From: Chrysomallon squamiferum
Lineage: Eukaryota; Animalia; Mollusca
Assembly (NCBI GenBank): GCA_012295275.1
Contig: CM022673.1
Coordinates: forward strand, 16,368,001 to 16,432,000
Direction of reading: 5' to 3'
Length of the DNA: 64,000 bases
The notes below the pieces were generated by a model that saw only the letters and a program-made list of their open reading frames with translations, did no database searches and was not told where the DNA came from. Positions 14,110 to 27,700 of the stretch are shown here, piece by piece. Each line of letters opens with the position of its first letter. The first letter of the stretch is position 1. Both the position numbers and the translations under genes were made by a program.

Positions 14110-16092
14110 GTAATGGAAATAAAAGAAAAACGTTTGGGAGGAAAAAAAATTAAAAAAGGATAAAAAATATTATAGAAGATTATAATTGTGAAAAAAAAAA
14201 AAAAAAAAAAAAAACTACTTTCCTGACAGACATTTCTATTTTCAAAGGTTAACAATTTCACGGTAGGATCAAAAGATTCTATTTAAAAAAGGGTTAAATA
14301 TTTACTTTTACTTTTTATATTTATTGTTAATGTATTAAATATATCATTACTTAGCTTTTTATGTTAAAAAAGAAATAATCCCAGAGGGAAATAATCTGAT
14401 AGAGAGACAAAGTAAAATAAGAAATAAGAAGGTTGAATGAGGAAAGAAAGAAAGAAATAAAATATAGTGGAAAAGAAAGGAAGAGAAAGAATAAGAAAAG
14501 AATAAATATAAATATATACAGAGAGAAAGACGAAGAGAAAATTCATATGGGAGAGAAAAAGAGATGAAGAGCAAAAAAAAAAAAGAAAGAGCAAGAGAGA
14601 GTGAAAGTAAATGAGAGAGAAAAGAAAATAATTTGGAGAGAAAGAGAGAGAGAATAAAAGTGACTAAATGAGAGAAAGAAAAAAGATTGAGATACAGTGA
14701 AGGAGAAAGAAAATTATAAAGAAATTGTTGAGAAAAAAGCAAATGGAATAAGAGAGGAAATATAATCACATAACAAACTGACTTTCTTCAATCAAATGAC
14801 ACAAATTTTCAAAAAAATGAAAAAAACATTTTTAAAGACTTTTCTCACAAAATCCATGATATCTGCTTTGTACTACAACAAGATTTGTATTGATCAACAT
14901 AAATTTTGTTTTTAAATCTACCACATCCTGACACTTGAAACAAGAGAGTCTTGTATCCAGACTTTTAACCCATGAGGAGGTTAGCCCCAGGGTGACACTG
15001 GGAGCAGGGCGGAGATTGTGAAATAATTAAAGTGTTTACATCCAACTGTCTGATACGTAGTTCAAGGCAACACATCTCTGTCTGAACGTAAAAACAAACA
15101 AGACAAATACAAACCAAGAGTTAAATATTTCAATTCTTTAATTTAATTTTTATAAAATATTTTAAAGTTTATTTTGTATAATTATGGCCAAAGAGAAGTT
15201 TCAGTTGATAGCTGAATCATTATTTTATTTTTCTTAATTTAAAAGAATAATAAAAAATTATGGTCAGAAAAATGCATGTGTTAATTTCAAGATTCAGTAC
15301 ATTGACTTAGGGGTACTGGTTAGGTTGGGAAATATTTCAGTTTGTGTACTAAGAAGAATTATTTCTATGTTCCAAAGAATCTGAAGTATTTAATTATTCT
15401 TGTAATAGTTATTCTCAGTTTAATTTTTAAAGAAGAGATATTTTCTTATTAAGTCTATTATATATTGTTATGTCTATGGTAATTACTATGGCTTTGTATC
15501 TTTTAGTCCTCTAAGCTTCCAGAATCATTCAAGTACACTACAGTTACCACAGCTGTTCTCATATATCATGCAGGTCTTAACAACAGATTTAAAGGACAGT
15601 TCTATATACTTAGTGTGTAATAAAAACGTGTTAAAAATCGTGTACATACCAAACAGTTATCATTCCAAAGTAATTTTATTGTAGGTAAAAAACTCAAACT
15701 TAATGTTGCACATAGACACTGGCACCAGTATTCAAACATTAAGTATGAGTCAAACATTTTTATGGTCATCCACTTTCCTTTATGTTGATGTATCATTGTT
15801 GTTTATGCTTTTATTTATCTTTTTTACCTTAAATACTTGTCTATTTTTGAGACCGTTATTCTACAATTGGTGTAGAACTATATGGCTACTAATCTACACA
15901 CACCAGGTAATAATGATTCCAAGCTAATTTTATTACAGCTTAAAAAACCCCTAAAAAATCCCCAAATATTATTCACAGACACACACACTGGCAGACATTG
16001 TACTGAGACAAAATGTATTTACGACCATCCACAATTCTTCACTGAGGTGTGCGGTTGTTATTTAGGTAATAAACTGTTGCTGTTGTGGTGGG

Positions 16093-16128
16093 ATGCATGA
16101 TGTTGCTGTTGTTAGATGTGAGAGAAAG
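16093..16128 (+). CDS. candidate alternative first coding exon: MHDVAVVRCERK (phase 0)
   Basis: CpG-containing island ~16020-16200; strong AAG|gtgaga donor in frame with exon 23226. Confidence 0.35.
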
Positions 16129-16969
16129 GTGAGACTGAGTGCGGAAATCTGAGACTGCACTGCTCGGAGCTATTTTTGTTTGACGATGTGTGTAAGAGTT
16201 GTTAATTTCTAATCAGTGCTTTGGGAAATTACAATTATCTGCCTTGATATGTGCTATATTATGTTCCTCTGAAAACATTGCTTCTTCCTTTTCATTTTCT
16301 TTATTATCTTTATTATTATATTTTTATTTTTATCTACTTCTTTTCTTCTTTTTTTTTCTTGTTTCTTTTTTGGTCTTCTGTTATTTTTTCCATTCCTTTT
16401 GTGTACTTTTCTTTTTCTTTTTTTTCATGTTTGCTTCTTTTTTCTTTCTTTCTTCTTCTTAAAAACCTGCCAGTAATTTCTTTTTTCTTCTTCCTGTTTT
16501 ATTATTCAATCTCATTATTATTTTTTTTTTTTTTATTCATTATAATTTTGGTATATTATTATTACCTTTCCTTCCACTACACACTGTTGTGACTGTGATT
16601 ACATTCTTTAACATTATTATTGCTGATGTGATGAAAAAACATCACTAAATAAAATGTAGATAAATATTTTAAACCTTCACATAACATACCTAGTCAGTAT
16701 GTAATAATTACACAAAAAAGGGAAATAAGAGCATCAGTGAATCCAGTAGCCTCACCAATTCACATCAAACTCTGTTTTTAATTAATTGCCTTTAATTAAT
16801 AAATAAAACATCTACTGATAATCAGAGACAATACAAAATGTAATTATTGTTTATTAGTGTAACAATATCCATTCATCTATCTATCTATACACACATACAT
16901 ACAAACATACATAATACATACATACAGCACACACACACACACACACACATACATACATACAAACATATA

Positions 16970-17005
<36 letters not shown>

Positions 17006-18214
17006 CACATGTTAAAATTTCATTAGAAAATCTTATTTTGATCATATACACAAACAGACACACACATACATACAAAATGAAGTTTACAAATTTTCCTGAC
17101 ATCTCTTCATTGTTGTGACTGAACTGAGCATGATTGAAAATGACACATTCAGACTGAGTATGAGAATAACTTAACAGCCATGGACAGGTCAATGGAGATA
17201 GAGTCAAGTGTAATCTGTAAAGCTGTATTGTTCTGTTCCAGCTGGATTCACATCACTGCTTCACTACTTAATCTTCTTCAGGTCTTTTTTTTTTTTCCAC
17301 TCTAAGAGATGATGTATTTGTAGTTGCTGTCATGGATGATAGAGAGATGATAGTAGTTGTTGACATGAGGCAACAATTGTCACTGCAGATGTTGGGGTAT
17401 ATGCTGTAGTCCATGATACAGATATAGTGATAATTGTGGTGTTGGTAATAAAGACTTTTGTTGCATACTAAATGATGTTGGAGTAGTGGTAATCATAGAT
17501 GTAGTCCTGGTTTTCAAATGATACTGAGTAGTGGTAATAGTATAAATAAGAAGCGACTATAGTGGTATGTGGTATAGGGATCTTTGTGGTAGTTGTTACA
17601 ATGATGATAATAATTAACTGTGGTTGTTTATTATCTATGGTGTGTATATAAGTTGAGACTGATGTTTCAGTAGTTGTGAAATTGGAAGTACTTGTTGTCA
17701 CATTATCTAGAGAGAACATAATACTGATGCTCTTAGGTTAAAATTTCAGCATGCAGGCCTATATAAATAACATGTTAATGAAATTTATTTGAAAATTTTG
17801 AAAACAAGTAGAAAAATTATTACTATTATTATTACTATTAACTTCTCTTTTTTTTGTATTCAAAAGCAGATATTCTAAACATATTTTACAAATTCTATCT
17901 TCAGACAAAGGACCTTTTTGGAAATCATACACTAAAAATTAAAAACATATCAATAAAAAAAATGTTTCACTTTTTTTAAATATGCATTATTATGCCCTTT
18001 GCCCTCTCATTATTTATTCTGGCATTCTGGCTAAAAACAAAGTGTTGTTCATTTCTGCTTTAAATAAATAAATTTCTCTTTCTGTGTGGCTCACTATATG
18101 AGATTGATGTTTAGAAAACAGTACATTTGTGAGGATCAGACATCTGCTACTAACATCTCCAGATAAACTGGCAATAGCTTTGTTTACTGATGACATCTCT
18201 TAGCCTCTTTCTAG

Positions 18215-18228
18215 CCGATGATGGACTG
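18215..18228 (+). CDS. candidate 14-nt microexon (A)DDGL, phase 1-0
   Basis: cctctttctAG acceptor, CTG|gtaacc donor; exactly bridges the phase-1 exon ending 7216 to phase-0 exon 23226. Confidence 0.35.
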
Positions 18229-20593
18229 GTAACCAAAACAGGCTGCCAGTAATGTACAAATGTCAGTTGTGATTACTGGTACCAGTCCATTGATATTTCT
18301 GTCTACATTAATAATACTGATTTGGTGGCCAGACTTTAAAATATGTTAAACATTGTTTGTAAGAAAAATAAAAAGGGGTTAAATGTACTCCAACTCCTAG
18401 AAAAATGTATTTGTTTCTGATAACTTATTATGTTTATTTTTTTCTTTTTTTTTCTGGTCATAATAGCAAACTGTATGATATATTGTATTACATCAGTAGT
18501 ATACTTTATTTTTTTGTATAGCCTGGATACTTTTTTTTACCCATTCCAACCTTTTTCAACTGAGCAACACGATTTTTTTTTTACTTTAGTATAATTTATT
18601 GCATTGTTTATTTTGCTTTATTGAGAGAGTACATGCACACTTGTAAAGGCTGTGAGAAATAGTAGAGAAAGTATTTAATTAGTTTCATTTTGTTCTTTTG
18701 TTTTATTTGTTTTATATTTTAATTTTCACTTTGTCAAAATATATTATAAAAGTGGCCAATATAATACCGATATTTATTATACACCTTTTTCATTTCTTTC
18801 TTTCTTTTTTTGCTTTCTTCTTTGTTTCTTTTCTTTCTTTCTTTCATTTTAAATTCTGGAATACTTGCAAGATTTGTACCTTGATTTATTGTCTTATTGT
18901 CTGTAAATGCAAATTTTCAGTCTCCCCTTCATTATCACATATCAGAGAAAGAAAAAAAAAAAAAAAAAAAAAAAAAACAACTCCAAAACTGATAAGATCA
19001 AAGATAGACAGCCTATTATCTAACAAAAGTTCATTATACAAGACAAAACAAATGAAAAATGTAGAAAATTCTATCCAGATTCTCATCTTGAAGGGAGGTT
19101 AAAAACAAAAAGAAAGAAAGAAATGGTGCTCACTGGTTTGGTAACTTATTTGTTTTTCTACAGCAAAGATCTCAGGGGAGATAATAATGATTGATATTTC
19201 TAAAGTCTGTACTTATTTATGTTCTTAGCCAAGATAGTTTTGGGAATAAAAATTATTATTTATATAAATATTTTTATTTCTATTATTTGCTTATTATAAT
19301 AATTATTATTATTATTATTATTATTATTATGATTATTAATATTATTATTATTACTATTATTATTAAAAAATAAATTCAGATATTGTTATTAATATGTTGT
19401 TTCACATTTGTTTTTATTATTATTGTTCTTATTATAATTGTTATCATCATCATCATCATCATTATTAATGCACTGTTTTTTTGTTTTTTTTTATGTTTAC
19501 TTGTATGTCGTTATTTTATTTTTTATTATATATTTTTTAATTTATTTATTTATTTACTAACTTACTTATTTTTACAAATCAGTCATGCTTCACATCAAGA
19601 TTGTTTATTTTATTTGAAACCAAACACACTGCACCTGTTGTATAGCTTCACAAATTAAAAAATGAAGAAAGGAATGTAGAAAAAAATTACCTGTTGCAAT
19701 GAATTAAAAATTATTACTTTTAAAAGAAAAAAAAAAAAAAAAAAAATTCAGGACTTAAAATAATAACTATTTAAGATAATAATAAAACATAAAAAAATGT
19801 ATTAGACCAAAAGAATGATTTTCAAATATTTTTTTCATTTATGGCATAACAATTTTTTTTTTTCTCTAAACAAATTATGAGGAAATGTATCAAATCTTTA
19901 ATTTTATTTACTTACCTTTAAATTGTTTGTTTGTCTTGTTTGTCTGTTTGTTGTTGTTGTTGTTTTTTTTTTTTTTTTTAAATAGCTTTTTAAACTATTC
20001 CCTTTAAATAAAGATTTAAAAAAAAAAAAAATGATAATAATAATATTAACAACAATAATTATAAATATGATGATGATAAATAAATCTTAAATTTAAATTT
20101 TTTAAATAGACTGGAATTACTACATGTCAGTGAGTGTAACATTACATCCTCTTTCCAAGAACAGGCTGAGTCTTCCTGCAATCTGTTTGATATTAAAATA
20201 GCATCATAGTTAATTAAAATATCATGCCTGTAGCTTGGGATTAATATCCAACAGCCATATTTGGTATCCATGGTAATTGAGATTATAGCAGAGAGAACAA
20301 AATTTAAAAAGAAAACATTTAATATTAAAGAAAGAAAGTAAAAATATTATATATATATATATGCTGGCATGTATGTGTGTGTTATTTTATGAAAACAGTA
20401 TACTCACTACAATAGTTTTAACAAAAATTTTAAAAATAATAATAATAATAACATTAATATTAATATTAATAACAACAACAACAATGTACAATAATAATGA
20501 TAGTAACAATAGACCAACAACAACAATAACCTAACACTTTTCTTTTTCCACTTAGTCATCATTTTTTATTAATTTGTAACCATTATTCTTCAC

Positions 20594-20659
<66 letters not shown>

Positions 20660-21276
20660 TGTATCTTCTTTTCTGCTACTTTGTAAACTCAGTCTGCACA
20701 TCGCCTGATTAATTGTTTTACACTGCTATTCAATACAGATTACACTTGACACATTTGTTTCAAATCATTGTGTTGAGTTGGCAAGATGTGACATGAGGAG
20801 ACAAAGTGTTAAATCAGGCAGTTGTGATGGAGCGGTCTCGTACAAAACAGATAATCCACAGCAGGATTTTATATTGATTACGAACACATAAACGGCGTTG
20901 TACCAGACACTGCTTAGGAAGTCAGCGCCAGCGTAATAACCATTGTACCTGCTTACTGCTTCCTCAGCAGAGTGTCAACAGAAATGTCAATGATTTAATC
21001 CTTTGTCAGTGTAAGAAGTGTCGATGATTTCTCCCTTTTAAAAAGAGAAAAAGTCAATGATTTACCCTTTATTATTATAAGAAATCATTATGATTTCTCC
21101 TGATGTAAGAAATTTAAAAAATAATATTTTTTTCCCTTTGCCAGTGATATAAATAAAAAAATGTCCCCCTTTTTACTTTTCTGTTAATGGAAATATCAAT
21201 TTCATTTCTCCTTCTTTAAAAAATATCAGTTTTTTTTCTTTTTGGAAGAAAATGTTTTCTTTCTTTCTTCCTTCTT

Positions 21277-21375
21277 GGAATGTTGACTAGAATGTGAAAA
21301 ATGCCCAGTGGGTGCATTAAGGTAATTGTTCCTCCATCCTGCTAATCCTCAGGCAAGCACTCTAACACTGTATTA
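21277..21375 (-). mobile_element. second copy of the same SINE-like family, inverted
   Basis: Minus strand reads cagtgttagagtgcttgcctgagg...cacccactgggcattttcacattctagtc. Confidence 0.6.
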
Positions 21376-22140
21376 AAACCACATTCTCTCAACATCTAAA
21401 TGTTTAACACTATTTAAATTTAATTTTAAAGCCACTGAAAGTGAAAAGCAGATAGCTTTATGATTAAATATGTCTCAAATGGAAACCTATCTTAATATAT
21501 ATATCATAGAAGAAATCACAGAATTGATTTAACCTTTCTCCTGCAGCTTATTAAATATATAATCAACATTTCTTAGAGCAAAAATCTTCAATTATTCAAA
21601 AAACTGATCATACACTGAAATTACAACCAAGTAAATCAAATTTGGTATGTGGTGAGAACCAGACTTTGTCATTATTTGCAATTTGAACAGTCTGGCTTTT
21701 ATTCTTTATTCATGAAAATGCAGACCATTTACGAGAGATTACTTAGAAAACATATTAAATAAGGAGAACTGTTGTCTGCCGGACTAAGCTGGATAATGAA
21801 ATAAATGATTAAATGCAGACATTGTATACGACTGGTGATCTTTGCCAGTGTTACAGTAATCTTTGTTGTTCTCTGTGAGTGAGCAGAAATTTTATAATAA
21901 TAATAATAATAATAATAATAACAGCAATAACAATAACAACATTAATAACAGTAATAATAATAACATCATCAACAGCAACAACAATAGTAATAAAAAAAAT
22001 CAGTTCTCCCCAGTGTATTTCTTTAATTTATTTCTATTCAGTCTGCTCTGTAAAAGGATGTTGTGTGTATTTTCCTGTCTATGGATAGGTTGATATAAAA
22101 GATTTATTACAGTTGAAACAACAACAACGACAAAAAATAA

Positions 22141-22191
<51 letters not shown>

Positions 22192-22834
22192 TTTAAAAAT
22201 AATAAAAGGAAATAAAATAAGATAATAAAATAATAAAAAATAAATAAATAATAATAATTTGTGAGATAGACCTTACTATTATAAGCCCTTCCAGTTTATT
22301 TTTACACCAAAATGAGTTGGACCATTATCCTCAGCATTAGAATGCAGTACTCTACAAAATGAACAAATGTCATAATTCCCATTACAATACACCAAACCCT
22401 ATTACAGCAAGATTTAAAAACATAAAGTTATTTAATAATGTAGAGTGGATAGGCAATAACACAGTCTGCTGAGAACAGAAATTGAACTAACCATCTATCT
22501 CTGATTTCTGGAATTAAATTATCAATTTGTGACAGTATGATTATTATTTCCTGTTATTTGTCACATATTAGTGAAGGAAAATGCTTAAAATATGAAAATT
22601 GTTTTAAAATATTCATGTATTCTATCATTTTTGTGTTATGTATATAGTTCAGAATATTAAGACTTGAATTATTTATTTATATAATGTAATTACTTTTGTA
22701 ATTTTCTTTTCATGTTCATAACATACATATACATCTAGTTTTTCCTTCTGTCTGCATCTCTATAAGTGTCTGTATCTGTGTCTGTCTATATATTTGAATT
22801 TAATATTTATTTTGATATGAGATCTGTTTTACTT

Positions 22835-23160
22835 ATTTTGAAACAGTGATGTGAAATGTTTTATAAATTTTGAAACACTGAAGTGAAATCTTTAATATTA
22901 ATTTTGAAATGAAATGTTTATCATTCATTTTAAAACATTGATATATATTTATTATTCATTTTGAAACACTAACATGAATTCTTTATTATTAATTTTAAAA
23001 CAAAATATGAAATGTTTATTACTAATTTTGAAACACTGACATGAAATGTTTATGATATGGTTATTATCAATTTGTATACATTTACATTCATATATTTATC
23101 ATTCATTCTGAACACCGATGTTTGTGATGTAGTTATTATTAATTTTGAAATAGTGACATG
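22835..23160. repeat. ~30-35-bp degenerate minisatellite (attttgaaacactgatatgaaatgtttattatt)
   Basis: About 8-9 diverged tandem copies ending ~65 nt before exon 23226. Confidence 0.85.
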
Positions 23161-23225
23161 GGATACGTGACATGGGATACATGAAATAATGTCAAAAGAC
23201 TAATATTTGTTTTTTTGTTTAACAG

Positions 23226-23372
23226 ATTGAAATGCTGACACCAAAGCAGAATGGAGCAGTCCTACAGGATCATGAAGATGATGAAACAAAACGTTCACAG
23301 TCGTCAGCCATCAAGGGAATGTGGAAAAAAGCTTTCAAAAACCTGAAGAGTAATGAGAAACAGAACTGGCTG
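23226..23372 (+). CDS. STAC: STAC-like exon, phase 0-0: IEMLTPKQNGAVLQDHEDDETKRSQSSAIKGMWKKAFKNLKSNEKQNWL
   Basis: T-rich tract + aacAG acceptor, CTG|gtaagt donor, 147 nt, coding-like composition; in-frame ATG at 23232. Confidence 0.85.
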
Positions 23373-24727
23373 GTAAGTCAGACATCTTTTTGTACTTTTA
23401 ATAACACTAGCACAGTAGGACTTGGTCATCTGAAAGAAAAGGGATCGATCCTCCCATTCTGCACAATGATTTGGTTCTGAGCTCATAATTTAAGTCCAGT
23501 TGAGTCATTTTCTAGTACAGTAATATAAAAGGCTACATGCTGTCCTATGCATGTCTGCGACAGACACGCCCGCTGGCTTGTTAGAAAGCATGCCTGTCAT
23601 GGACGTGCTTCACAACAGCTCATTCTGATTAGCAAGTTTTTTCTAGTTCCAGTTCCACTATGCCTGATAATATAGATACAAATATCTTTGCCCTGTTCTG
23701 GGACAGCACAAATAAAACATCTCTTTTAAAATAAAACTCACAGTTGACTGGTATTACTGGACCAGATAGAGGATTTCAGAAAGATGGGTGCTGTTATTGT
23801 AGTGAATATAACTTTGAAGATCAATTTTGCTACATATTTAAACATCAGTCATACATAAGCACTAAAATAAGTTTGATAAATTATAAACATTATCAGCACA
23901 ATTTAGACAAGATTATTATGATTATTAACCTTGTGAGTTTTGTTTTTATTTGTAGTTTTGTTTTTGTTTGTTTGTTTGTTTTTAAGATATTTGAGACATT
24001 AATTATAACTGATCACATTAGAAATATGTGGTATTGTCTCTATAATTTGGATATCTGTTTTATAGAAGTTCTAATTACAACATATTCTGTATATATTTGT
24101 GGTTGTTACATTGATCTTTGGTTTAATAAAATTCTAAATGCTTAGGTAAATCCCCATTTTCCAGGTGATTGTTTTAAAGAGATTTCAATTATTACAAATT
24201 CTTCTTGTTGAGATATTGACTTCAGTATCTGGGTGACAGAGGTTTCAGTTACAACAGAATCCATTTCATGCAATAATTAGGTGTTGTTTTTGTATCATAA
24301 TGCACTTGGCTGCTTGACAGAGTTTCCATTTAAAACCTGTTTGAAACAATAATGGTATCTCGTCCCTGTTATTTAGGTGTCTGTTTAGCAAAGGTTCAAA
24401 TTACATCAGAACATTATCTTGCTCTTTCCACCAACATTTTCTAATTACAGGCTGATCTAACCAGCCATGTTTTCCATTTGTAACATAAAAATGTCATTAC
24501 CAATGACCTTGCTAAGTGTATTTTTTATTTTTTGGAATCACATGGGATGGAGAAAAACTCGGCATCTGATAATGCAATCAGCTGTGCTCGTTAAGTGCAT
24601 GTTCAGGTATATGTCTTACCTGTGTAAGCATTCAGGTTGCCAGAAAAGTGTCATCACTCCTTTATCTGGTTTTATGTTCTGGCTTAGGTTTTTATTTTAT
24701 TGATGGAATAAAGTATTTAAGCCACAC

Positions 24728-24759
<32 letters not shown>

Positions 24760-27700
24760 CACTTTATAAATTTCTAGTAAACCCCCAAATTAGAGGCAAT
24801 TTTAATATAAAACGTACAAAGGAGAGAGTTATTAAAATTGAATAAGTTGTCATATAAATTTTTGATATAGATTTTGTTAATTTTGTAGATACTGATATAA
24901 AATCAAAGAAAAGAAATATAAGGTTATTATCATTATTAGTAATAGTAAATGTATTTAAGGATATTTTAAAAGTTGCCTTGTTTTTAATACTGTGTGTTTA
25001 ATGCAGACATTTTATTTTATTGTTAATGTTATTTGTTTATTTTATTATTTATTTTGTTTAGTTTTCTTTATTTAAAATATTATTACAAGTTGATTTCGTT
25101 CAAATTTATGTCAATTTTTGTTTATGTCATCCATTTTTCACATTTTCTTTATTAATATTTATATTTTAGACAAAGAAGGGAAGCTTAATAAAAAGAAAAG
25201 ATTCCAAAGACCAAGAAGAACCAGAAGAAGAAATATGTAAGTAATTATCAAGGTGACTTTCAAAACATCAAACAGAAACTGAATTCATCAACTGTTGTTA
25301 CACTCTTACTCTAGTTTACAGTTAAACTGTTTTAAGTTACTTGCTACTTCTAGATTTGATCAGAAACACCTTAAAATCAGAAACAAGTTGGAACGTTACT
25401 TTTTACACAATGTAGAATTATATATTAGTTTAAAAAAAATATAGTGTATTGTGTATGTATATTAAGTATGTTTGAGTGTATATATGTGTGCAATGTTTAT
25501 GATTGTGTGTTTATGTGTATATACATCCCTGATAATGTGTTGCACAACAAAACTCAACAAACAAACACAAACAAGATAAAAAAAAAACTTTCATTATTAT
25601 AGTGTAGTACCTAATGCCACAAATGAAGACTGATTTAAACAAGTATTATCATTTCCTTTTTCTTGTACCTTTTTCATCTCAAGTGTGGTTTATCTAAATA
25701 TCTTTAGTCATGCAACTGTGTTTTATTTAATGTTAGCAACATCATAATTAGTAATTTCAGATGAAACAGTTAATATGTTTATTTTTTGGGTACAGATATC
25801 AAAGTAAAGCATCCAGTTAGTGATACAGTCAGCTGTTTTCTATTAGCTGCCAGTGAGACCAGATTTTCTTAATTCTTTCCTAACACAATCCTTATTGACT
25901 CAGCTGAAGCTCAGTCTGCAGTCCATTTGTTAAATATAAATTCACAAATACACCAAATTGGTTTCCGATTGTCAGTCATTTAATGTTTCTGAAGTGTATT
26001 TCTAGAGAATAGTAAATATATTTCTTGGAGCTCTTCAAGGCTTATAATAACAATATTTATTTTGGGATTGTATTAATGATTTCTTCAGTCACTTTCAATG
26101 AATGTTAATAATAAGTTCTATTTACTTTTATAACTTTAATTATCAAATATAAATCTACAATTTATAATTGACAACCATCAAACATTTGTCTGTTGTTTTG
26201 TTGTTTATTTTGTAGTTTTTTTCACTAACAGAGGTTTCCATCTGTTTGTGATTTCTCCTAATTAAGCTGCTGGCATCAGTCCAGATAAGTCATCAAGAAA
26301 ATATTATCATCTTAATCTCCTACCAACATAGTTGCTTTAAGAGAATTAGTTCTGTTTTCTGATGTAACACAGTACCAGTCTTAATTACTCTAATTTAGAA
26401 CTCTCTCTTTTTTTTTTTCTCATCTCAGCTTATACAGATGTTACATTCCAGATAATACAAAAAATGAAACATTCTATTGTGCATATCTTTATAGCAAACA
26501 GATGTGAATTAAAGAACAGATAACTCTGTTGTTAAATGAAAATAATTAATTACAAAACACCTGTGTAATTGTATGTGAGGAAGATAAAGTGAGGTGATTT
26601 AGTTCTTTTGTTTATTTTTTAAATAAATTTCACTGTACACAAAATTATTTGCTCTTAGTGTATTATTACATATCTTTTATTTATATATCTTCTAGTTAAT
26701 AATAATAACAACAGCAGCAACAAAAACGGCAATAACAACAACAACAACAACAATAATAATCAGTTAATCTGTAAAGAATAAGAAGATCATGAATCATAAA
26801 ATAAAAGGGTGATGAAATGGAACTTCAGTTTTTAGTGAAAATGATATTGTTTTTTTCAAAGAATTAACAGTTTTTATTAAAATATATATATTAATAGCAA
26901 TACATGAAGATAAATCAATTAAAAAAGGTCTGGAAAGTTTAATCCTGAAATAAATGTACTGACTAAACCCAGACATGTCAGCAAAAACATCATTAAGAAC
27001 AATATTTTCTTGGCCTAGGTTCATTAACAGTGACATCTGGTGCATGCAATTTATGGGGAGTTAACTCTAATTTGCTTGATTAGTCACAGTTAACTGTTTA
27101 TTTAATTGTTAAACTGGAACTCATCTTGTTTACATCATTTTGCCAGCTGTGGAAAAACACACACCTGTCTTAGTGTGAAAATCACACTGCTAAATCAGTC
27201 AGAGTAATATTGATACAGTTACCATGATTTGGCAGCAGTATATATAATAAAGTTCATAATCACTGTAATGTTGTTTTTTTACTGCTGATAACATGATGCT
27301 GTTGTATTTATAATAAATTTATATAAAACATAAATGGAATAAGGCATAGGCTACTTTAACACAAGACTTTCACATTCAAATGGAATAAAACATTTTAAAA
27401 GTGGAATGGCAAAGAATTTATTACAAGAAATATATTTTTATAATAACAATTTTAATACAAGATATTTATATTTAGAAAAAATAAATAAATAATAATTAAC
27501 AAGATTTTAACAAGGAAAAATTTATTATAATATATTTATTTTTATAAAACTTAAATTGTAAAAAAAATTGTTTAAAACAAGATATTTATTTTCAAAAGGA
27601 TAAATTTGGTATAAAATATTTATTTTTATAAAGAACAAATGGGGAAAAAAAATTAAAAATTAAAAACATATTTAAATTTATAAAAAAGAAATTTAAGAAG

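Noticed and set aside
14359-14769. 136-aa hydrophobic minus-strand ORF resembling a membrane protein
   Set aside because: Translation of an AG-rich low-complexity tract with no splice or homology support.
19123-19140. ATG..TTG|gtaact mini first exon (MVLTGL)
   Set aside because: Too short and without a promoter-like island; expected by chance.
21805-21874. Hydrophobic ORF MIKCRHCIRLVIFASVTVIFVVL ending at gtgagt
   Set aside because: Phase 1 is out of frame with the next exon (23226) and there is no other support; it could at most be a non-coding first exon.
23420-23720. GC-richer stretch after exon 23226 as an extra exon or ncRNA
   Set aside because: No consistent splice sites or recognisable RNA fold; probably a decayed repeat or regulatory DNA.
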